DNA from: Lysobacterales bacterium
GTDB taxonomy: Bacteria > Pseudomonadota > Gammaproteobacteria > Xanthomonadales > Xanthomonadaceae
Assembly: GCA_020442545.1 (NCBI GenBank)
Contig: JAGRJX010000052.1
Span: 1-48,511, forward strand
DNA length: 48,511 nt
Reading direction: 5' to 3'
The notes below the pieces were generated by a model that saw only the letters and a program-made list of their open reading frames with translations, made no database searches and was not told the origin of the DNA. Numbering within the stretch: the stretch's first letter is position 1; every line of letters starts with the position of its first letter. A program made the translations under genes and the position numbers. Shown here in pieces: positions 48,453-48,511 of the stretch.

Positions 48453-48511
48453 ATGAACGCCGTCGCCAGCGACCTGATTCAGAAAGACCTGATCCAGAAG
48501 ACCTCGGAACT
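48453..48511 (+). CDS. 5' end of the riboswitch-controlled gene (probably thiamine biosynthesis, thiC-like; 3' end outside window)
   Basis: The ATG at 48453 is preceded by AGGA and opens MNAVASDLIQKDLIQKTSE. Identity is inferred only from the TPP riboswitch and my recollection that thiC is its usual target in this clade. Confidence 0.5.
   Translation, partial: MNAVASDLIQKDLIQKTSE

Overview
High-GC chromosomal segment with gene content and order typical of a Xanthomonadales-like gammaproteobacterium (taxon is inference). It holds about 40 genes, mostly housekeeping and densely packed, with many 1-4 nt start/stop overlaps. In order: recB (5' truncated) and recD; prc; an 11-kb minus-strand cell-envelope block lipA-lipB-ybeD-dacA-like-rlpA-mltB-rodA-mrdA-mreD-mreC-mreB; a PfkB kinase; a cation/proton antiporter with an RCK domain; a GFA-family gene coupled to two tandem paralogous acyltransferases; a 1205-aa secreted protein of 21 beta-propeller-type repeat units; arfB; a GST; a small lower-GC islet with a stop-interrupted ORF and a brnT/brnA toxin-antitoxin pair; truC-like; ubiB-ubiJ; lpxL and waaA (divergent); tolC plus a PIMT-family methyltransferase; a 0.7-kb hairpin-rich non-coding region; a TetR-controlled MFP/RND efflux pair; an S8 protease; a UbiH-family monooxygenase; and a TPP riboswitch before the first 19 codons of a thiamine-type gene. 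I recognised no rRNA, tRNA, CRISPR array, transposase or integrase. I see no complete, clearly novel multi-gene system. The best leads are: (i) the 4.2-kb repeat-protein segment bracketed by 44-bp direct repeats, (ii) the hairpin-repeat cluster at 38.7-39.4 kb, (iii) an orphan terminator-capped structured RNA candidate after recD, (iv) the in-frame-stop ORF and mutually exclusive hairpins beside the brnTA islet. All family assignments come from motif recognition by eye, not from searches.
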